From the NCBI GenBank assembly GCA_964549685.1, contig CAZJVE010000004.1, forward strand, positions 1-64,000: a stretch of DNA of 64,000 nt, in the 5' to 3' direction. Source of the DNA: an uncultured archaeon (GTDB lineage Archaea; Altiarchaeota; Altiarchaeia; IMC4; QMZM01). The position numbers and the translations under genes are program-made. Below the pieces are notes generated by a model. That model ran no database searches and was not told the DNA's origin. It saw only the letters and a list, made by a program, of their open reading frames with translations. Shown piece by piece: positions 59,036 through 64,000 of this stretch. Within the stretch, counting starts at the first letter, position 1; each line of letters opens with the position of its first letter.

Positions 59036-59229
59036 TTTGCTGTCATAACTTAAGATTCAGCGCTAAAAAGCCGCCCTTTTAAGTTTTTAATAGAGTATAT
59101 TATCTACCCGTTATGGCAGTTCTCACGTTCGAATTCGCCGGGGAATTCTCCTGGAAATTCAAGTGTCATCGAGCCTGTTCTAAGACTAGGGCGAAGATGG
59201 CACCCGCGTGTGAACGGAGCGAGCCGTTC

Positions 59230-59303
59230 GCAGGGGTGGTCTAGCCTGGTAAGGCAGTCGGCTGCAAACCGACGTATCGAGGGTTCAAATCCCTCCCCCT
59301 GCT
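59230..59303 (+). tRNA. tRNA-Cys(GCA), intron-less, CCA not encoded
   Basis: Acceptor GCAGGGG/CCCCTGC, anticodon stem GTCGG/CCGAC with loop CTGCAAA, T arm GAGGG-TTCAAAT-CCCTC, discriminator U. Confidence 0.95.
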
Positions 59304-59402
59304 TCCTTGATTTCTCTCAAAAACCCGATTTCTGCAAATATTTATACTTCCGCGTGAAATTTCTTATTGTTACTTAGCAAGTAAATTGCCGCAACCCGAA
59401 AG

Positions 59403-60272
59403 ATGCCTTCACTCTTCGAATCTAACCAGCTCCTGAAATCATCGGAGCCGCTCAAACCCGCTGCCCACCAGCTCTCTCTGATGTTCCCCCAGCTTGAATG
59501 GGACCTCAAGAAAGCCGGCTACACAATCGATGTCGGGCAGTTCCTCTCCATCGTGATATTCTCGACGCTCGCCGTCTTCTTCATCGCCATGTCCTTCACA
59601 AGCACGTCGCTCGTTATAGCCCAGGGGATAGTTGGCTCATATGGCGCGCTTGGCATATCGCTCGTCGCCTCCGCCCTTACCTTCTCCTATCTCATGTTCG
59701 TTCCGAGATTCAAGATTCTAAGCAGGGGAAAACTGGTTGATAAGCACTTGGAGTATATGCTGAAGGACATGCAGATTCAGCTAACTGCAGGGATTCCCAT
59801 ATTCGACGCAATGGCGAACGTGGCAAAGGGAGGCTATGGTGAATGCTCAGTGGTAATGAACGAGATAGTTCAGGAGGTCCAGTCGGGAGAGTCAATGACG
59901 TCCGCGCTTGATAATTACGGTATGCTGTCCCCGTCGGAATACCTGAGGAGGGTTTTCTGGCAGATAGTGAATGCCGTAAAGACGGGATCCGATGTTACTC
60001 TTGCATTGAAGGCAATATCCAGCGACCTTAGGATGGAGAAGGAGAACAAGATAAAGATGTACGGCCAGGAGCTTAACCTGTGGGGGCTCATATACATGAT
60101 GGCCGTCGTTGTTGCTCCATCAATGGGAGTAACCCTTTTGGTTATTCTGTCCAGCTTTATTGGAAGCACCCAGATTAATGAACGGCTGTTCTGGATAATC
60201 CTCTTCGGACTCGTCCTTTTCCAGATAGTATTAATATCAATCATAAGGAACAAGAGACCGGATGTCGGCTAA
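59403..60272 (+). CDS. Type IV pilus/T2SS-F platform membrane protein (TadB/TadC-like)
   Basis: AGIPIFDAM...YGE.S...IVQEVQSG, WQIVNAVKTGSD, TM helices. Confidence 0.85.
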   Translation: MPSLFESNQLLKSSEPLKPAAHQLSLMFPQLEWDLKKAGYTIDVGQFLSIVIFSTLAVFFIAMSFTSTSLVIAQGIVGSYGALGISLVASALTFSYLMFVPRFKILSRGKLVDKHLEYMLKDMQIQLTAGIPIFDAMANVAKGGYGECSVVMNEIVQEVQSGESMTSALDNYGMLSPSEYLRRVFWQIVNAVKTGSDVTLALKAISSDLRMEKENKIKMYGQELNLWGLIYMMAVVVAPSMGVTLLVILSSFIGSTQINERLFWIILFGLVLFQIVLISIIRNKRPDVG

Positions 60273-61464
60273 AATGGCGGAACCACCTGAAGAAAAACCG
60301 AGGCCGAAGGGCCCAGGGGGGATAATAGCGCATTTGATACTTGACGTAATCGTAGGCAATCTGATAAAGGCCATCTCCCACCTATTCATAGCCATCGGAA
60401 ATATTGCGATACGGATTGTTACTCTCATAGTCGCCATGATGCGGCCGATTGCTAGGTTCTTCACCAATTTCATCACCTCTCTCCATGAAAGACTTGGCTC
60501 GTATTTCCCTACCGACGTTAGGGGGAAGCTGGAGCAGAACATAATATATGCGGGTGTTCCCAGGAATCCCGAGGAAACGCTGGGCACTACACTGATGTAT
60601 TCTATGATTCTGCCATTACTAACTGCAGCACTAGCGATTACACTGGGCGCGTCACTGCTCATTATCCTAGCCACAATTGTCGTCTCGTTCTTTGTAGTAT
60701 GGACCACGATGTACGTCCTCCTAACGCTGCTGATAGAGAGGAGGACGGAGAGCATAGAGAACGTACTGCCGGACGTCTTGTCCATGATAAGTCAGAACAT
60801 GATTGCAGGGATGACGCCATACAATGCCCTATGGACTGCTGCAAGGCCGGAGTTCGGACCGCTAGCTCTTGAGATTCAGAAGGTTGCAAGGGACACTCTC
60901 GCAGGGGTTTCGCTCGAGGAAGCGCTCCTGGACATGGCTTTCAGGGTAAAGTCCACGAAGCTGGACAGGGCCGTGAAGCTGATGATTCAGGGAATGAAGT
61001 CCGGAGGCGAGCTCCCAACGGTCCTGCAGGAGATTGCAACGGACATAAGAACCGAGCAGAACCTGATGAATAGAATGCGCGCTGAAACGGCGGCACAGGC
61101 AATGTTCATAGTGTTTGCAATCCTGGTCGGCGCCCCCCTCTTGTTTGCTTCGTCGATACAGTTCATAACCATATTCTCAAAGATTTACGGCAGGATAGAC
61201 TCCAACGTCCTGTCGCAGCAGGCGCAGTCCGGCCTGATGACACTCACGGGACTTTCAATCACCCCTGACTTCTATTTTATGTATGCCGTAATAACCCTGG
61301 CAGTATCCGCCTTCTTTGCATCGCTCCTTGTCGGTCTAATCAGGACAGGAAAGATAAGCTCCGGCATGTCGTCCATCCCCATCCTGATAGCACTTGCGGT
61401 AGGAATCTTCATTGGCCTGAACTACGGCCTTGGTTCGTTCTTCCAGGGAATGATATCCATGTGA
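60262..61464 (+). CDS. Type IV pilus/T2SS-F platform membrane protein (second paralog)
   Basis: LPDVL..ISQN..AGMT...AL...ARPEFGPL, SGGEL..VL. Confidence 0.85.
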   Translation: MSAKMAEPPEEKPRPKGPGGIIAHLILDVIVGNLIKAISHLFIAIGNIAIRIVTLIVAMMRPIARFFTNFITSLHERLGSYFPTDVRGKLEQNIIYAGVPRNPEETLGTTLMYSMILPLLTAALAITLGASLLIILATIVVSFFVVWTTMYVLLTLLIERRTESIENVLPDVLSMISQNMIAGMTPYNALWTAARPEFGPLALEIQKVARDTLAGVSLEEALLDMAFRVKSTKLDRAVKLMIQGMKSGGELPTVLQEIATDIRTEQNLMNRMRAETAAQAMFIVFAILVGAPLLFASSIQFITIFSKIYGRIDSNVLSQQAQSGLMTLTGLSITPDFYFMYAVITLAVSAFFASLLVGLIRTGKISSGMSSIPILIALAVGIFIGLNYGLGSFFQGMISM

Positions 61465-61472
61465 CGGGGTCC

Positions 61473-62204
61473 CTATTTTGCATACCTCAGGATTACATCC
61501 CCCATCCTCTTAATCTCCTCATCAGAAAAACGGGTTTCTGACTCCACCTGGGATATGAAGTCGGAAAGCTCCTCGACCCTGAGTACGTTTACGGTGGGTT
61601 TCTTGATAATCAGGTCGGCGTTCTCGTTCGTGAATACGACAATTACATTGACCCAGATGTGCGGGTCCCTTCCCTTGAAAATCTCATCCTTGCGCTCAAG
61701 GATGAAATCCTTCAGCACCTTTGCGTTTCTCTTCACCTGGTTGCTGGGGCTCCCTATCCAGAGCTTATACGGCTTCCCTCGTTTACTCACCTTCTGCCTG
61801 CTCCATGAGTCCCCCTCGCATTTTATCTCCCCGCCGTAGTTCTTGGATTCGATGACGAAGATGCCGTTGGGCCCGAGAGTGATGTGGTCCGTATCGCCTC
61901 TGTTCGGAGGGATAACGACTCCATCAATCTGATAGTAGTAGTCGCTCAGGTCACTCAGACTCCTACTTACTACGTCCTCTCCCCTGATACCGCTGCCCCA
62001 CGTCATATACTTGCTGTAGCTGTAAATGCCGAACACATAGGCGAGGGGAATCAGAATTATCCCGACCGATGAATAGGGATACTGGTCCATGATAAAGAGC
62101 GCAGTGGCAAAAACAAACAGTGCTGAGAAAAGCAGGAGCCTGCTCCTCGTTAGCTGGATGTTCCTCCACAGGTAGAGATCTATCCCTTTTTTAAGAATCT
62201 GCAT
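61473..62204 (-). CDS. Membrane-anchored NERD (PD-(D/E)XK) nuclease-related protein
   Basis: Two N-terminal TMs; GIRGE, DTDHI..GPNGIFVIESKNYGG, SPSNQV.RN. Confidence 0.85.
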   Translation of the reverse strand: MQILKKGIDLYLWRNIQLTRSRLLLFSALFVFATALFIMDQYPYSSVGIILIPLAYVFGIYSYSKYMTWGSGIRGEDVVSRSLSDLSDYYYQIDGVVIPPNRGDTDHITLGPNGIFVIESKNYGGEIKCEGDSWSRQKVSKRGKPYKLWIGSPSNQVKRNAKVLKDFILERKDEIFKGRDPHIWVNVIVVFTNENADLIIKKPTVNVLRVEELSDFISQVESETRFSDEEIKRMGDVILRYAK

Positions 62205-62239
62205 AATTTATATTTATTGGTTATATTATAGAAAACACA

Positions 62240-62932
62240 ATGAAGGAGAATCCCTGGAGCAACTGGAGGCACATAACGAAGCTGGACCCGGACAAACCCC
62301 TGTCCGACGATGATGTACGGGCAGTGGCTGAGAGCGGGACCGATGCAATAATGATTTCCGGGACCCAGAACGTCACTCTAGAGGAGGTAAACCGCTTGGT
62401 TTCCCTGCTGAAGGACTACGAAATCCCAAAGGTCCTTGAGCCCTCCGGCCCGGAGCACGTAATCTATGAGGGAATTGACCATGTCTTTGTGCCATCTGTC
62501 ATAAACGCCCAGGACCTGAACTGGGTCACTGGCAAGCACATTCACTGGATAAAGGACTCCGCCGTCGAATGGGAAAAGGTCGTTCCCGAGGCCTACATAG
62601 TCCTGAACCCCGACTCCGCCGTTGGCATGGTAACCAAATCAAAAACAGAGCTGGACACGGACGAAATCATAGCCTATGCGAAGCTGGCCGACCGCTACTT
62701 CGGATTCCCCATCTTTTACATCGAATACAGCGGCACCTATGGAAATCCCGATGTGGTGAAGGCAGTAAAGGAAAACCTGGAGAATTCAACCCTCTTCTAC
62801 GGCGGGGGCATAACCGACGGGGAAAAGGCCAGGGAGATGTCAGCGCACGCAGACACGATAATAGTCGGAAACGTCCTATATGAGCAGGGCATAGGAAAGC
62901 TAAAGGAAACAATAGATGCCATCAGGCGCTAG
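62240..62932 (+). CDS. Geranylgeranylglyceryl phosphate synthase (PcrB-like, group I)
   Basis: HITKLDPDK, EAYIVLNPDS, FYIEYSG, FYGGGI, ADTIIVGN. Confidence 0.9.
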   Translation: MKENPWSNWRHITKLDPDKPLSDDDVRAVAESGTDAIMISGTQNVTLEEVNRLVSLLKDYEIPKVLEPSGPEHVIYEGIDHVFVPSVINAQDLNWVTGKHIHWIKDSAVEWEKVVPEAYIVLNPDSAVGMVTKSKTELDTDEIIAYAKLADRYFGFPIFYIEYSGTYGNPDVVKAVKENLENSTLFYGGGITDGEKAREMSAHADTIIVGNVLYEQGIGKLKETIDAIRR

Positions 62933-62981
62933 AAAAGGAAAGGTATTTATTTAAACAAGGGAAAATTAGATATGATACACG

Positions 62982-63446
62982 ATGAAATTATTGAGCAGAA
63001 AAGGACAGGGCGCTCTCGAATACATGCAGACTTATGGCTGGGCAATTCTTGTTGTCCTAGTTGTCGGCATAGTCCTCTGGCAATTCGGCGTTTTCGGCCA
63101 GCACAGCGGGGCGAACAGGGCAACCGGCCTTGGAAAAATCAAGGTCCTTGACCAGAGCATAAAGTACGATTCGACAGCAGACGAACTCACCTTTGACGTA
63201 ATAAACGGCGAGAGCATGCACATACGTGTTCTGGGGAATAAAAGTGAGGGTGACTGTAACATCATAAACATTGATGATGTAGGGCTAGATGGCGGAGAAA
63301 CCGCCACAATAACCTGCACAAACTGCACGAATTTAGATGCCGGCGAGGCCTTCGACGTGTCTATAACAATCAATTACAGGATAAAGGTAGCCGCTGACAT
63401 AATCTACCGCAACGATACGGGTCGTATCACAGGCCTTGCAGAATAG
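62982..63446 (+). CDS. Archaeal type IV pilin (class III signal peptide)
   Basis: RKG/QGALEYMQTYGWAILVVLVVGIVLWQFG. Confidence 0.85.
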   Translation: MKLLSRKGQGALEYMQTYGWAILVVLVVGIVLWQFGVFGQHSGANRATGLGKIKVLDQSIKYDSTADELTFDVINGESMHIRVLGNKSEGDCNIINIDDVGLDGGETATITCTNCTNLDAGEAFDVSITINYRIKVAADIIYRNDTGRITGLAE

Positions 63447-63451
63447 AGGAA

Positions 63452-64000
63452 ATGAAATTCCCGCGCGGAAAAGGGCAGGGTGCTCTTGAATATCTACAGA
63501 CCTACGCTTGGGCAATTCTCGTGGTTCTCATAGTAGGCGTTGTCCTCTGGCAGCTTGGCATATTTGGCCCGCACAGAGGCCCTAACACCTCGAGCGGCTT
63601 CGCAGCCATGAAGATTCTCAACCCCTCGATTACTTATAGAGAAACTACTGAGGACAACGCATTCAACTTCAGCTTCGTAAACGCCGTGGGAATTCGCGCG
63701 AGGAGCACATATGTTCTCAAGAACGTAAGTGGTGATTGCTCGGTCATACTGCTCGATTATTCTGAATTAACTCTATCCGAGGCTGTTTGCAACGCTCTTC
63801 CAGACCCGAATTATGGCGTATTCATACCCCCTGATACCTGTTGGGTAAACCAACCAGTATCCATCGAAGCAGGGGATACTGCCAAGCCAGTATATACGAG
63901 ATGCAATTCCCTTGACGCAGGGGAAACATTTATTGTCTATATAACCTTCCAGTACAGTGAGAGGGTCGGTTCGGGAGAGCCAACGACCCGCCTGGACAGC
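63452..64000 (+). CDS. Second archaeal type IV pilin, truncated by window edge (not in ORF track)
   Basis: Manual translation MKFPRGKG/QGALEYLQTYAWAILVVLIVGVVLWQLGIFG..., open frame to 64000. Confidence 0.85.
   Translation, partial: MKFPRGKGQGALEYLQTYAWAILVVLIVGVVLWQLGIFGPHRGPNTSSGFAAMKILNPSITYRETTEDNAFNFSFVNAVGIRARSTYVLKNVSGDCSVILLDYSELTLSEAVCNALPDPNYGVFIPPDTCWVNQPVSIEAGDTAKPVYTRCNSLDAGETFIVYITFQYSERVGSGEPTTRLDS

Noticed and set aside
59113-59244. 43-codon ORF, or 5S rRNA, upstream of tRNA-Cys
   Set aside because: The ORF runs into the tRNA; the conserved 5S loop C (CCGAAC) and terminal helix are absent

Overview
Archaeal chromosomal segment, shown by egsA, GGGP synthase, archaeal riboflavin synthase, DHQ synthase II, S8e, aIF-2beta, a histone-fold gene and class III-signal pilins. 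The style of the surface proteins suggests an Altiarchaeota/DPANN-related lineage, but that is inference only. Housekeeping genes (cimA, ilvN, leuA, ilvD, ribBCH, pth2, nptA/phoU, lplA, galT, tRNA-Cys, pilus platform genes) flank a ~27-kb co-oriented block of very large, sequon-rich secreted proteins (5033-31936). The block includes a 4424-aa adhesin-like protein, a gluzincin and a C25 protease. Three things stand out. (1) A 14-16-bp motif TGTAGTGCCTAACT recurs in the intergenic gaps of this block, forward on the left and inverted on the right, suggesting recombination/transposon-end sites or a regulon operator. (2) A four-gene run at 32025-40058 encodes a single-pass surface protein fused to a cytoplasmic HerA/FtsK-type ATPase, an atypical ParA, an 820-aa coiled coil with 42/28-residue Trp periodicity and duplicated ParB-like N-terminal peptides, and an 80-aa partner. 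This is a candidate undescribed membrane-anchored positioning/segregation system. (3) DHQ synthase II appears split between two convergent genes. All calls are by eye from motifs; no database searches were run.
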